Shown here: positions 46,833 to 57,724 of the stretch, one piece after another
Layout of the letters: the number at the start of each line of letters is the position of its first letter
Numbering within the stretch: position 1 is the first letter of the stretch
Origin: Nitrospirota bacterium
Lineage (GTDB): Bacteria > Nitrospirota > UBA9217
DNA: 64,000 bases
Assembly: GCA_963732675.1 (NCBI GenBank)
Contig: CAVTAJ010000005.1
Location: 503,019 to 567,018 of the forward strand
Direction of reading: 5' to 3'
Notes under the pieces: generated by a model
What the model saw: the letters and a program-made list of their open reading frames with translations, nothing else
Database searches by the model: none
What the model was told of the DNA's origin: nothing
Position numbers and translations under genes: made by a program

Positions 46833-47354
46833 ATGTCTAACAAAATATACTTCATCACCGGCGGGGCACGGTCCGGGAAGTCGGCATTTGCGGAGAAGCT
46901 GGCGAACGGCCTGACGGGTCAGCGGGCGTACCTCGCCACGGCGCAGGCGCTCGATCCCGAGATGGCCGCGAGGATCGAGAAGCACCGCAAAGACCGCGGC
47001 ATCGCATGGGACACCTATGAGGAGCCGCTTGCGGTGGCGGAGCTGCTGAAGAAGCTTTCCGGCCGCTATGACGTGGTGCTTCTCGACTGCCTCACCCTCT
47101 GGCTGAGCAACGTCATGGCCCACACGGATGGCGACGGTGCTGTCTCTTCCCGCGCGGATGAACTGGTGACAGCGATGCAGGGTTTTGACGGCGCCTGCAT
47201 CATTGTGTCCAATGAGGTGGGGCTTGGCATCGTGCCGGACAACCCCCTTGCAAGAAAGTTCCGCGACTTTGCGGGCATGCTGAACCAGAAAGTGGCGCGT
47301 TTTGCCGATGAGGTGTATTTTACCGCATCGGGAATTCCGATGAAGATAAAATAA
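46833..47354 (+). CDS. cobU: Adenosylcobinamide kinase/guanylyltransferase
   Basis: GGARSGKS, RIEKHR, LDCLTLWLSN and VSNEVGLGIVP. Confidence 0.95.
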   Translation: MSNKIYFITGGARSGKSAFAEKLANGLTGQRAYLATAQALDPEMAARIEKHRKDRGIAWDTYEEPLAVAELLKKLSGRYDVVLLDCLTLWLSNVMAHTDGDGAVSSRADELVTAMQGFDGACIIVSNEVGLGIVPDNPLARKFRDFAGMLNQKVARFADEVYFTASGIPMKIK

Positions 47355-47540
47355 AACAATTAGTAACTAAAATAAAATTCTACTCAAAACAGCGAGAATA
47401 TTTGCCGCAGAGCGCACAGAGGGCACAGAGAACGTCTTGAAAGCAGTTTAGAAATATACCGTTTTTCGCTTCTCTCGTGTTCTCGGTTACCTCTGTGGCT
47501 AAAAGCTTTCCGGCTTGTCCGGATCGGGAGGGAAAATACA

Positions 47541-48614
47541 ATGGGAAAACTGCAGGAAGTACTGAACAAGATCCAACCCGTCGACACATCGCGCACTAAT
47601 GCGGTCCAGGCGCAGCTCGATAACCTGACGAAGCCGCAGGGGAGCCTCGGCCGGCTCGAAGAACTCGCCAGGAAATACTGTCTTATCACGGGCAGGGACA
47701 AGCCGACGATCCGGAACAAGATCATCTTCACCTTTGCCGGCGATCATGGAGTGACCGAGGAGGGTGTCAGCGCATTCCCCAAAGAGGTAACGCCCCAGAT
47801 GGTCCTTAACTTCATCCGCGGCGGCGCCGCGGTGAATGTGCTTGCAAAGCACGTGGGCGCAAGGGTGATCGTGGTCGATATGGGCGTTGATCACGATTTC
47901 GAGCCCATGGAAGGGCTGGAGATCAGAAAGATCGGGCGCGGCACGCGGAACATGACCAAGGGCCCGGCCATGACGCGCGACGAAGCGGAGCGGGCAGTGC
48001 TTGCCGGCGTCGAACTGGTGGAAAAATACAAAGAAGGCCTCGATCTGCTCGGGACAGGGGACATGGGCATCGGGAACACGACGCCGTCATCAGCGATCGT
48101 GTCCGTGATCACGGGCACGGACGCGGGAAACGTCACGGGCCGCGGCACGGGCATCGATGACCGCTCTCTCCAGAACAAGGTCGCGATCATCAAAAAAGCG
48201 ATCGCGATGAACGATCCGGACCCCAAAGACGCGCTTGACGTGCTCGCCAAGGTCGGCGGATACGAGATCGCGGGCATCGCGGGTCTTGTGCTCGGCGCCG
48301 CCCTGTATCGGATCCCCGTGGTTATCGACGGGTTCATCTCGACCGCGGGCGCGCTCATTGCCGCGGAACTGAACCCCCTGGTCAAAGGATACATGATCGC
48401 CGCGCACCAGTCCGTGGAGATCGGCCACCGGAAGATGCTTGAACATCTGGAGCAGGTACCGCTCCTGGATCTGAACCTCAGGCTCGGAGAGGGTACAGGC
48501 GCCGCCCTCGGAATGTCGCTCGTTGAAGCAGGCGTAAAGATCCTCGGCGAGATGGCGACGTTCGGGGATGCGGGCGTGGCGGAGAAGAGCGAAAGTGAGA
48601 AGGTGGGACGTTAG
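47541..48614 (+). CDS. cobT: Nicotinate-nucleotide:DMB phosphoribosyltransferase
   Basis: [27 protein letters not shown] and LRLGEGTGA. Confidence 0.96.
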   Translation: MGKLQEVLNKIQPVDTSRTNAVQAQLDNLTKPQGSLGRLEELARKYCLITGRDKPTIRNKIIFTFAGDHGVTEEGVSAFPKEVTPQMVLNFIRGGAAVNVLAKHVGARVIVVDMGVDHDFEPMEGLEIRKIGRGTRNMTKGPAMTRDEAERAVLAGVELVEKYKEGLDLLGTGDMGIGNTTPSSAIVSVITGTDAGNVTGRGTGIDDRSLQNKVAIIKKAIAMNDPDPKDALDVLAKVGGYEIAGIAGLVLGAALYRIPVVIDGFISTAGALIAAELNPLVKGYMIAAHQSVEIGHRKMLEHLEQVPLLDLNLRLGEGTGAALGMSLVEAGVKILGEMATFGDAGVAEKSESEKVGR

Positions 48615-48943
48615 TTGAACTATAATCAAACTTTTCCGGGCCAGAAACTAAGTAACCAAATTCTATTCAAAACGGCAAGGATGTTTCGCGCAATGGCCAA
48701 GAAGAGGGCCACACTGAGCCGTACCCTGCTGTTGCCCCCTGCTCTTGCGATAGCGCGGGGACAAGCCATAATACGGGCATAAACTAAGCTCGCAAAGAAG
48801 GGCTAAATTAGTTGTTTCATAAAAACCAAGACCTAACGGTTTTCTTGGCGTCCTTGGCGTTTTTGCGAGAGACGCTTTTCGGTTTTGAACTTTCGGTTCA
48901 GGTCTGTCCGGGTCAGGAAGGCCCCAAAGGCGGTTAACGAGCG

Positions 48944-49714
48944 ATGCTTAAAAATTTCATCACAGCTTTGCAATTTCTTACCATCGTCACCGTGAAGAAG
49001 GACCACGACGTCGCGGAAGGGGACCTGGCGAAGTCCATGGTCTATTTCCCGGTGGTCGGTTTTCTGATCGGATTTCTCCTGGTCAACGCGGACAAGGCGT
49101 TCGCCCTGATCGCCCTGCCCCAGCCCATTGCCACGCTCCTGCTTATCATCATCTCGGTCATCATCACCCGGGCCATCCATATCGACGGCCTGGCCGATAC
49201 CCTCGACGGATTGATGGGCGGAAGCAACCATTCCTCCCGGCTTGCCATCATGCAGGACAGCAGGCTCGGGACCGCCGGGGCGCTCGGCATCTTCTTCGTC
49301 CTGTTCATGAAATATCTGTGCCTCAACAGCCTCTTTGAAAGCGACAGGATCGGCGCACTGCTGGTTGCACCGGTAGTGGCACGATGGGCGCAGACGCTCA
49401 TGGTGTTCAACGCGGAATACGGACGCGAGCGCGGCATGGGCAAGGCCTTTGTGGGACATCTCAGGTCAAGCGGCCTGGCCGCCACTTCCGCCCTGGCCAT
49501 CTGTTTGTCGGCATTCGTGGTCGTGCGGCTGGACGCACGTTCCATTGTCCTTTTTTTCATCCTGATCTGCGGCGTTGTGCTGCTTACGTATCTCGGGAAG
49601 CGTTACCTTGTCCGAAAACTCGGCGGGGTGACGGGTGACGCGATCGGCGCGATGAGCGAACTGAACGAGGTGCTTGTACTCCTCCTGTTTGTGATATTCT
49701 CGAGCGGAACTTAG
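48944..49714 (+). CDS. cobS: Adenosylcobinamide-GDP ribazoletransferase
   Basis: ALQFLT, HIDGLADTLDG, MQDSRLG and GGVTGDAIGA. Confidence 0.95.
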   Translation: MLKNFITALQFLTIVTVKKDHDVAEGDLAKSMVYFPVVGFLIGFLLVNADKAFALIALPQPIATLLLIIISVIITRAIHIDGLADTLDGLMGGSNHSSRLAIMQDSRLGTAGALGIFFVLFMKYLCLNSLFESDRIGALLVAPVVARWAQTLMVFNAEYGRERGMGKAFVGHLRSSGLAATSALAICLSAFVVVRLDARSIVLFFILICGVVLLTYLGKRYLVRKLGGVTGDAIGAMSELNEVLVLLLFVIFSSGT

Positions 49715-49718
49715 GATC

Positions 49719-50315
49719 ATGCCGACCAGGGTTTACCTTATGCGCCACGGCGAGGTGACGAACAACGGCGAGAAGCGCTACAACGGCCACATCGACATCG
49801 ATATCACGCAGACGGGCATCGACCAGATGCACCGTCTCGCGGGGCTGCTCGAGGGAAAGAGCATCGTTGCGGTCTATTCGAGCGATCTCATCCGCTCGAA
49901 GAAGGGCGCCGAGATCATCTCACGCCGTGTCGGCATTTCCTCCACCCCGCTTCGGGAACTCCGGGAGCGGAGCGTGGGCGCGTGGGAAGGGCTGACCGCG
50001 GATGAGATCAAGGCCCGCTTTCCCGAGCAATACGCGGCGTGGCGGGAGGACCTGCTCAATTATCGCCCGCCCGGCGGAGAGTGTCTCGTCGATGTAAGCG
50101 CGCGGATACTGCCGGTGTTCAAACGGCTGGTAGAATCCCATCCGGAGCAGGAGATCGCGATGCTCCTCCACGGCGGCGTGAACCGGGTCATCCTGGCAGA
50201 CGCGCTCGGCATGGACCTGATGAACCTGTTCAGGATCGACCAGGCATTCGGTGCTCTCAATATCATTGAATATCATGACGACGGCATGGCCGTGGTCAAA
50301 CTGCTGAACGGGTAA
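49719..50315 (+). CDS. cobC: Alpha-ribazole phosphatase (histidine phosphatase)
   Basis: RHG motif, YSSDLIR and LHGGVNR; cob operon context. Confidence 0.85.
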   Translation: MPTRVYLMRHGEVTNNGEKRYNGHIDIDITQTGIDQMHRLAGLLEGKSIVAVYSSDLIRSKKGAEIISRRVGISSTPLRELRERSVGAWEGLTADEIKARFPEQYAAWREDLLNYRPPGGECLVDVSARILPVFKRLVESHPEQEIAMLLHGGVNRVILADALGMDLMNLFRIDQAFGALNIIEYHDDGMAVVKLLNG

Positions 50316-50342
50316 AAGTGCCGCAACGGTCCGCAAAAGCTA

Positions 50343-50371
50343 TTGACATTGGTCCTGTCGTGCAGTATTGT
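50343..50371 (+). promoter_or_regulatory. sigma70-type promoter for the thi operon
   Basis: TTGACA-17 bp-TATTGT. Confidence 0.6.
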
Positions 50372-50382
50372 ACCGACACAGA

Positions 50383-50470
50383 AAGCTGGGGGAGCCGATC
50401 GGCTGAGAGTCCTTTGAAGGACGACCCTTAGAACCTGATCCGGGTAGTGCCGGCGTAGGGAAGGCGAGTA
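50383..50470 (+). ncRNA. TPP riboswitch (THI box)
   Basis: GGGGAGCC..GGCTGAGA..GACCCTTAGAACCTGATCCGGGTAGTGCCGGCGTAGGGAAG upstream of thiS. Confidence 0.93.
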
Positions 50471-50491
50471 TATCACCATCGAAAACCTTTC

Positions 50492-50521
50492 GAGCCGTAT
50501 CTTCCGGATACGGCTTTTTTT
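50492..50521 (+). terminator. Riboswitch expression-platform terminator
   Basis: GAGCCGTATC-ttccg-GATACGGCTTTTTTT. Confidence 0.85.
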
Positions 50522-50577
50522 GCGTTCAGGAAGGTGTGATCCCTTTTGCCTGAATGGGCAGCAGGAGGAAGATACGA

Positions 50578-50825
50578 ATGACCATCACTCTGAATGGTGA
50601 AAAAAAACAGATGCCTGACGACATCACGGTCCTTGGTCTGCTGGAGTTCCTGAAGTCCAGCACCAGCGTGTGGCAGTGGAGCTGAACATGGAGATCGTGA
50701 AGAAGGACGTTTATGGCTCGACACCTGTCAAGGAAGGCGACAGCCTGGAGGTGGTGAGCTTTATGGCGGGAGGGTGTGGCGCCATCGGCGCAATTGAAAA
50801 TTGGAGATTGGAAATTGCAAATTGA
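50578..50825 (+). CDS. thiS: Sulfur carrier ThiS, apparent frameshift at ~50656
   Basis: MTITLNGE..VAVELNMEIV..KEGDSLEVVSFMAGG. Confidence 0.85.
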
Positions 50826-50846
50826 AAAATAAGGATGGGCTTTAGT

Positions 50847-51627
50847 ATGACGGACGATAAACTGGTCATTGCTGGCATTGAATTCAACTCCCGGCTCTGG
50901 GTCGGCACCGGGAAATACAAGGACTTTGCTGAAACGAAAAAGGCCATCGAGGCCTCGGGCACGGATGTGGTGACCGTTTCGGTCCGGCGGGTGAACATCA
51001 TCGACAAAGGCAAGGAGAACCTGCTCGATTATATCGATCCGAAGAAGTACAAGATCCTTCCGAACACCGCGGGCTGCTACACGGCAAAGGACGCGATCCG
51101 CACCGCCATGCTCGCTGCCGAGGCGGGTATCACGAAGCTCGTAAAGCTCGAAGTGATCGGCGACGAGAAGACCCTGTTCCCGGACAACGAGGCGACGCTC
51201 GAGGCAGCGAAGGTGCTGATCAAAGAGGGGCTGATCGTGCTGCCCTATGTGAGCGATGATCCGATCATGGCCAAGAAGCTCGTTGCTATCGGCTGTCCCG
51301 CGGTCATGCCGCTTGCCGCGCCTATCGGTTCCGGTCTCGGCATCAGGAACCCCTATAATCTCCGGATCATCATGGAAACCGTGAAGGTCCCGATCATCGT
51401 CGACGCGGGAGTGGGTACGGCCTCCGATGTCGCGCTTGCCATGGAGCTGGGGTGCGACGCGGTGCTGCTGAACACGGCGATTGCCGGGGCAAAAGACCCG
51501 ATCTCGATGGCCGAGGCCATGAAGTACGGCGTGCTTGCCGGCCGTCTCGCGTACAAGGCAGGGCAGGATCCCGAAGAAACTCTATGCCACGGCCAGCAGC
51601 CCGATCGAGGGGATGATAGGGAGTTAG
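50847..51627 (+). CDS. thiG: Thiazole synthase, apparent frameshift at ~51560
   Basis: [31 protein letters not shown] and DAGVGTASD; the C-terminus [10 protein letters not shown] is in the shifted frame. Confidence 0.95.
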
Positions 51628-51727
51628 GTCGCATAGTGCAGAGCGCAGAGAGCGTGCAGAGCGTACAAGTTCGAGAACTTACGCCATGCTCCTTGCGCCA
51701 TGCGCTCTGCCCATTGCGGAGGTTATT

Positions 51728-52401
51728 TTGCCTGTCGATTTCAGACTCTACCTGATCACTGACCGGAAGCAGGTGAACATGCCCCTGGCCGCCGCGGTCA
51801 GGCTGGCGCTCGAGGGCGGGGTACGGGCTGTCCAGCTGAGGGAGAAGGACCTGCCTGTCAGGGAACTGCTCGCCTTGTCACAGGAAATGAGGACCTTGAC
51901 GAGCGAGTTCGGGGCAAGGCTGTTCATTAACGACCGCGTTGATGTGGCGGTCGCGGTAAATGCGGACGGTGTACACCTCGGCCATCAGAGTATGCCTGTT
52001 GAGGCGGTCCGCAGGGTCGTTGGCAACAATATGCTGATCGGCGTATCGACCCATAATCTGGCGGAGGCCAAAGCTGCAGAGGCTGGAGGGGCGGATTTTA
52101 TAACCTTTGGGCCTATATTCGAGACACCTTCAAAGGCTAAACTTGGCCATCCAGTGGGATAGAAGTTCTTAAAGAGCTTAAAATATGAGATTAATATCCC
52201 ATTTTATGCCCTTGGAGGGATAAAAAGTGGGAATATAATGCAAGTTATTATGCAGGGGCAAGTGGTGTGGCAATGATATCCGCCATTTTGGCTGCAGAAG
52301 ATATCAAGAAGGCTGCAAGCAAACTTAGCGAAGCAATAACTCTCTGTGACAAGATCATATGTCAACTTACCGCGCTGATCACCGTATCAGGCAGAATATA
52401 G
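51728..52401 (+). CDS. thiE: Thiamine-phosphate synthase, several apparent frameshifts at 52160-52250
   Basis: LYLITDR, VQLREK, INDRVD, GVHLG, GVSTH, FETPSK, then YALGGI and GVAMISAI. Confidence 0.9.
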
Positions 52402-52413
52402 GCGAGGTGTAAC

Positions 52414-53737
52414 ATGACACAGATACTCGAAGCGCGAAAAGGCAACATCACTCCCGAGATGGAGGCAGTGGCCAGGGCCGAAGGCGTGAGTGTCGAGCAT
52501 ATCCTGACGGGGATCGCCGATGGCACCATCGTCATCACCAGGAACAACCGGCATACGTCGATCACGCCCGCTCGGCATCGGCAAGGGGCTCAGGACCAAG
52601 GTCAATGCGAACATCGGCACCTCCAAGGACCGGATGTCGATCGATGATGAGATCGCGAAGCTCAAGGTCGCCGTGGCGGCCGGTGCGGACGCGGTCATGG
52701 ACCTCTCGACCGGCGGCCCGATCATCGAGATCCGCAGGGAGATCCTGAGGCAGTCCACCGTTTCCATCGGCACCGTGCCGATCTACCAGGCCGCGGTCGA
52801 GACCGTGGCCCAGGGAAAATCCATCGTGCAGATGGACCCGGAACTCCTGTTCCGCGTGATCGAGGAGCAGGCCGAAGAGGGCGTGGACTTCGTGACCGTG
52901 CACTGCGGCGTGACCATCTCGAGCGTGGAGCGGCTGAAGCGCCAGGGCAGGATCATGGACGTGGTGAGCCGCGGGGGCGCGTTCCACCTCGAATGGATCG
53001 TCGTGAATGGAATGGAAAACCCGCTCTATACGCAGTACGACCGGTTGATCGGGATCTGCAAGAAGTATGACATGACGCTTTCGCTCGGCGACGGCATGCG
53101 GCCGGGCTGTCTTGCCGATGCCACGGACCGGGCGCAGATCGAAGAGCTGATCACCCTCGGTGAGCTGCGCGACCAGGCGCACGAAGCAGGCGTACAGGTG
53201 ATGATCGAGGGGCCGGGCCATGTGCCGATCAACCAGGTCGAGACCAACATCAAGATCCAGAAAGAACTGTGCAAGGGGGCGCCGTTCTATGTGCTCGGCC
53301 CGCTCGTGACGGACGTGGCGCCGGGATACGACCACATCACCTCGGCCATCGGCGGCGCGATCGCCGGCGCGGCCGGCGCGGATTTTCTCTGCTATGTTAC
53401 CCCGTCCGAACATCTGCGTCTGCCGGACCTCGAGGATGTGCGCGAGGGGGTCATCACATCGCGCATCGCGGCGCACGCGGCCGACATCGCCAAGGGCGTC
53501 AAGGGGGCGATGGACTGGGACAACGAGATGGCGCGACGGCGCAAGGCACTCGACTGGAAAGGCCAGATCGAGCTTTCGATCAACCCGGAACGGGCCCGCA
53601 AGCTGCGCGAGTCAAGCCTGCCGAAAGAATCCGACGTCTGCAGCATGTGCGGCGAGTTCTGCTCCATGAAGGGTGTGAGCAAATATTTGAAGAAAGAAGA
53701 CAGAGGTCAGAAGACAGAGGTCAGGAGCAAGACATAG
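52414..53737 (+). CDS. thiC: Phosphomethylpyrimidine synthase, apparent frameshift at ~52570
   Basis: [37 protein letters not shown] and CSMCGEFC; thi operon context. Confidence 0.93.
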
Positions 53738-53840
53738 TAACGCAAAAGAATTTCACCCTCGCCCCTTGCGGGAGAGGGCCGGGGTAAGGGGTACTAGCGG
53801 AATGCGGAATAAATACATGAAAGGCTCCGGGGTAAATTCA

Positions 53841-54683
53841 GTGAAGAACATCTTGCTCATTATCGCACTGGTTTTTTCGCCCCTCCTTGCTCACGCAGCG
53901 ACAGTCACGTCTCCCAGGGTCATCATCCAGCCGGAAAAGATCGGTCCCGGCGATATCATCACGGTCGCTGTCAAGAATACGGCCGGACCGGTGGAAGGCA
54001 TCTTCAACGGAAAGCAACTCTATTTCAACCCGGCAAATAAAACGTTCAAGGCGGTCATCGGCATCGATCTGAATCAGGAGCCGGGGAGGTATCCCCTTGA
54101 GGTCATGATCAACGGCAAGAAGCTCCGTAAGAACATCAGGATCGTGAAGAAGAAGTATCCGGTCCAGCGGCTCACGCTGCCCGAGGGCATGGTTGTCCTC
54201 TCGCCCGAGAACGAGGCGCGGGCGGAGCAAGAGCAGAAGAAGATAGCGGCCATCTGGCCTGTCGATTCCCTCCGTATCTGGAGCGGGAACTTCATCGATC
54301 CCCTGCCGGGGAAAAAGGTCGGCACCCCGTTCGGCGTCAGAAGGATCATCAATAACATTCCGAAGAATTCTCACTCGGGAGTTGACATCACGGCAGACGA
54401 GGGAGAGCCGGTGCTCGCGCCCAATGACGGCGTGGTGGTGCTCGTGGATGACCAGTTCTATTCCGGGCACAGCGTTGTTCTCGATCATGGACAGGGGATC
54501 TACACCATGTTCTTTCATCTCTCGAAGATCAACGTTCGATACGGGCAGGCGGTCATGAAGGGCGATACGATAGCCCTCGTCGGCGCCACCGGCCGCGCCA
54601 CCGGCGCCCATCTGCACTGGGGCGTGCGCATGCAGGGCGCGAAGGTGGACCCGCTGGAATTGATCCGGTTAAAGCTGGAGTAA
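53841..54683 (+). CDS. Exported M23-family metallopeptidase
   Basis: HSGVD, FFHLS and GAHLHW; signal peptide. Confidence 0.92.
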   Translation: MKNILLIIALVFSPLLAHAATVTSPRVIIQPEKIGPGDIITVAVKNTAGPVEGIFNGKQLYFNPANKTFKAVIGIDLNQEPGRYPLEVMINGKKLRKNIRIVKKKYPVQRLTLPEGMVVLSPENEARAEQEQKKIAAIWPVDSLRIWSGNFIDPLPGKKVGTPFGVRRIINNIPKNSHSGVDITADEGEPVLAPNDGVVVLVDDQFYSGHSVVLDHGQGIYTMFFHLSKINVRYGQAVMKGDTIALVGATGRATGAHLHWGVRMQGAKVDPLELIRLKLE

Positions 54684-54911
54684 AATAGATAGGGGCATGG
54701 GTTAAGGGGACAGGGAGAAGTGAAAGGCGAAAGGGTGAGGACAACCGATTAAAAGATCTTTCTCCCCATTTCTCCGTCATTCGTCTCCTTTCTCCTAAAC
54801 GGTTTTTCCGAGTACTTGAGATAATTCATTTTGACAACATTTATATGAAAGACCCAAAAGTCGTCATTCCTGTGAAAACGGAAATCCAGTGTTTTGATAA
54901 CACGTGACCCA

Positions 54912-55679
54912 ATGATCAAAGTCCTCTCCATAGCAGGCTCCGATCCGTCGTCCGGCGCCGGGATCCAGGTCGACCTCAAGACCTTCCAGCAGCTGGGCGC
55001 TTTCGGCATGGCCCTGCCGGCTGCGCTCACGGTCCAGAACAGCCAGGGCGTCTCGGCAGTCGAACCGATCTCATCAGCACTGCTTTCGAAGCAGCTTGAC
55101 GTTCTGCTTTCGGACATCACGCCTGATGCGATCAAGACCGGCATGCTCCTGACGAAGCAGAACGTTGGGGCCGTGGTAAAAGCAATGACCAGGCATGCGA
55201 TCAAGAACCTTGTCATCGACCCGGTGCTCCGGTCCAGTTCCGGGAAACACCTGCTCGAACACGATGCTGTTGCGGTCCTGAAGAAAAAACTTTTTCCCCG
55301 GGCGCTCATTATTACACCGAACATTGCCGAGGCTGAAGTGCTGACCGGCATTGCGATGGAATGTGATTCGGATATGGATTTTGCAGCAGGCAAACTGCTC
55401 GATATGGGGCCGGCGTATGTACTCATCAAAGGCGGACATCGTATTGGACCGGCCGTGGACACCCTGTATGGCGGAAAAACCGTGCTCAGCTTCTCCACAC
55501 CACGGCGAAAAGGGGAGTTTCACGGCACCGGGTGCGTACTTTCCTCGGCAATAACCGTGTTCATAGCCCAGGGATTACCTGTGGAAAAGGCTGTGGAAAA
55601 GGCGAAACAGTTTGTGGATATGATGTTGAAACGTGCGGAGCCGGTGGGGAAGGGCACGACGAACTATTTCCAATTCTGA
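54912..55679 (+). CDS. thiD: HMP/HMP-P kinase
   Basis: IAGSDPSSGAGIQVD, KTGML, IDPVL, TPNIAEAE, KGGH and HGTGC. Confidence 0.95.
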   Translation: MIKVLSIAGSDPSSGAGIQVDLKTFQQLGAFGMALPAALTVQNSQGVSAVEPISSALLSKQLDVLLSDITPDAIKTGMLLTKQNVGAVVKAMTRHAIKNLVIDPVLRSSSGKHLLEHDAVAVLKKKLFPRALIITPNIAEAEVLTGIAMECDSDMDFAAGKLLDMGPAYVLIKGGHRIGPAVDTLYGGKTVLSFSTPRRKGEFHGTGCVLSSAITVFIAQGLPVEKAVEKAKQFVDMMLKRAEPVGKGTTNYFQF

Positions 55680-55697
55680 GACGACGGATGGATGGTT

Positions 55698-55757
55698 GGG
55701 GAACGCGCGGGTGAGACGCGCGTATTCTGCGCGTCGTTCTCGACCCACAGGTTGAGA
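55698..55757 (-). mobile_element. attC-like site 5 (degenerate)
   Basis: Minus strand TCTCAAC-ctgtg-GGTCGAGA..acgcgc agaatac gcgcgt..TCTCACC-cgcgc-GTTCCCC has R''/L''/L'/R' spacing with an extra base in L''. Confidence 0.6.
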
Positions 55758-55877
55758 GAATCATTTTGCATCACCCCGAAGCGGTTTCCGCCCGGCACGT
55801 TCTCCGATATCTTTCTGAAGTCATCTCATTTTTGCACGTTTCGCACTACCCGACCGACGCACCCTCCTGTTCTGAAA

Positions 55878-56762
55878 TTATAAGTCCAGATCAAATCCCA
55901 TCCCGAACGCGGCCATATATTCGCCCTTCCGGTTGCGGTCCTCGATATAATGGCCGATCTGCGCATAGAACCGCGGCCGCTTTAACGTTCCCACGGCGTC
56001 CCGCAGGACCCAATATGCCATAACACCCCCACGTTGTCTTCTCAGGTCCGCTGCAGCTGCATGCATTATCTCGTAATAGGGTCCTGCCAAAAGCGAAGCA
56101 GCTCCTGAGCTTTTCACAATAGGGAACAAAAAGTTGGTCCTGTTCTGAATAACATGGTCTCCGTCCTGAAGAAGCGTCTCGTATGTCCAATCCAGGTAAT
56201 AAGGTCCTTTTCCCGTGAAGTGAAAATACGCAAGATCGGTCTGATTGACGATAATAACGGGGCCGGCTTTCACGTACAGGGTCGGCCTGATCAGGAGCCT
56301 GCTGCCGTTGCCCTCCTCTTCCTTTCCCTTCAAGGCATCAACGTCGGCTCTGCCGAAGGATGCGGTGGCGGAGGGAAATGAAAGCAAGCTGGTGTTCGTT
56401 CCATAGAACCTGTAGAGATCGTACTGCACACGGAGATTGGCAAAGACAGCGGCAAGCCATTCGGCATGGACGGATGCCTGTCCATAGGCGGGTGTAGTCC
56501 CGAGTCCGAAGCCTGTTTGCAGATACGACGAAGGAATACCCATGTCTTTATCGGTCCCTTTGATCCACCGGCGAAATCCGCCAAGGGAAACCATTAGTCC
56601 GTCCGGATTCGACTGGGCGGCAAGATCAGCCTGGAGTACTGTTTGGACCTCATGATCGGATGCTCCGTAAGCATTTGGGACGCTGCGAAAAAGCGGCAAA
56701 CCGACGATGAGCACTATCGTTAGCCAAAAAAGGATGCCACTGATGTTATCGTTCTTATTCAT
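55878..56762 (-). CDS. Hypothetical exported protein, possibly a beta-barrel; likely gene cassette
   Basis: Signal-like N-terminus, alternating amphipathic strands and C-terminal FGMGFDLDL; flanked by attC-like sites. Confidence 0.7.
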   Translation of the reverse strand: MNKNDNISGILFWLTIVLIVGLPLFRSVPNAYGASDHEVQTVLQADLAAQSNPDGLMVSLGGFRRWIKGTDKDMGIPSSYLQTGFGLGTTPAYGQASVHAEWLAAVFANLRVQYDLYRFYGTNTSLLSFPSATASFGRADVDALKGKEEEGNGSRLLIRPTLYVKAGPVIIVNQTDLAYFHFTGKGPYYLDWTYETLLQDGDHVIQNRTNFLFPIVKSSGAASLLAGPYYEIMHAAAADLRRQRGGVMAYWVLRDAVGTLKRPRFYAQIGHYIEDRNRKGEYMAAFGMGFDLDL

Positions 56763-56770
56763 GTTGTATA

Positions 56771-56818
56771 CATTAACGATGAGCTGACCCGTTTGCCGGG
56801 TCGAGCGATTGGTCAGCC
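56771..56818 (-). mobile_element. attC-like site 4 (short)
   Basis: Minus strand GGCTGAC-caatc-GCTCGACC cggcaaacg GGTCAGC-tcatc-GTTAATG, 8 bp before the ATG at 56762. Confidence 0.65.
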
Positions 56819-56925
56819 CCGTATTTTCTTTTGATAGTGATAGTCAGCGTCGGCCACTACATCCACTAAGGTTCTAAGAACTTTTCTGATCCGAAAGTAA
56901 AAGCAGTGATCCCGTCTCCGTGGCT

Positions 56926-57577
56926 TTAAAGAGTCGGACCTGGGCTGTTCTTTTCCATGAGGTCGGCCAGTTTCGACCAGTCGAAGGAGAGGAGGTTCAT
57001 GATCTGCGATCGGATCTTCCGTATCGCCGCGGATGCGTCACCTTCCTTTTTCATATTGTAAAACGGACAGGACCGCGCCAAACGTACGCTCGATGTAATC
57101 CGGGATCGGCGGCAGAACGTCACCGCGTCTCGTGAAATAGGGATCTTCTCCGGGCGCGCAGGGAACCGTGAACACATTGAACATTCTGCACCCTACCGGC
57201 CGGACAGGGTGAATGGAGCAGGAGTCATCGATAAGAAACGGGCATCCCGAAGCGGTCGAATGGACCGCAAGCCGGCTCCTCAGGACTTCCCTGACGGGCA
57301 ATGTAATTTTCTCCGTGGCATACCAGTAGATGCCGACGAGTTCGTGCGGGTACAGGGGAAGGTCCTTTTGATCAACGCAGCAGGTGCCGCATCCTTTCCC
57401 GCAGGCGAGTGTTTTCTTCTGCTTTTTCTCCATATCCCTGACCGCGATCGCCACTCCGGTATCGGCGATCGAGTACGCGTCAAGAAGCAGGGAAAGCCAG
57501 GGAAGGCGTTGCTCGTCAACGGGAAAGTGCAGGCGCCGCGAAAGACCGGCAGTCATATGTCCCCGGTTTTTTTTCAT
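56926..57577 (-). CDS. YkgJ/FliB-like cysteine-cluster protein, apparent frameshift at ~57065
   Basis: CGKGCGTCC..CPFLIDDSCSIHPVRPVGCRMF. Confidence 0.85.
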
Positions 57578-57724
57578 GTTGTCATTCCGCGCATTGTTTT
57601 TTCAAGGCAAGTGCGGACCATGATGGTGAAACACATTAACAATCAGCGAAAGGAATGTCAACAGGAAACCTGACAGCAGGAAGGGATAACGGCAAGACAG
57701 AAAACCCGTCGGACTTGAGCCGAT

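Noticed and set aside
52414-53737. bzaF/bzaAB (ThiC paralogue) given the nearby cob genes
   Set aside because: The gene lies within a TPP-riboswitch thiSGE operon, so thiC is more parsimonious.
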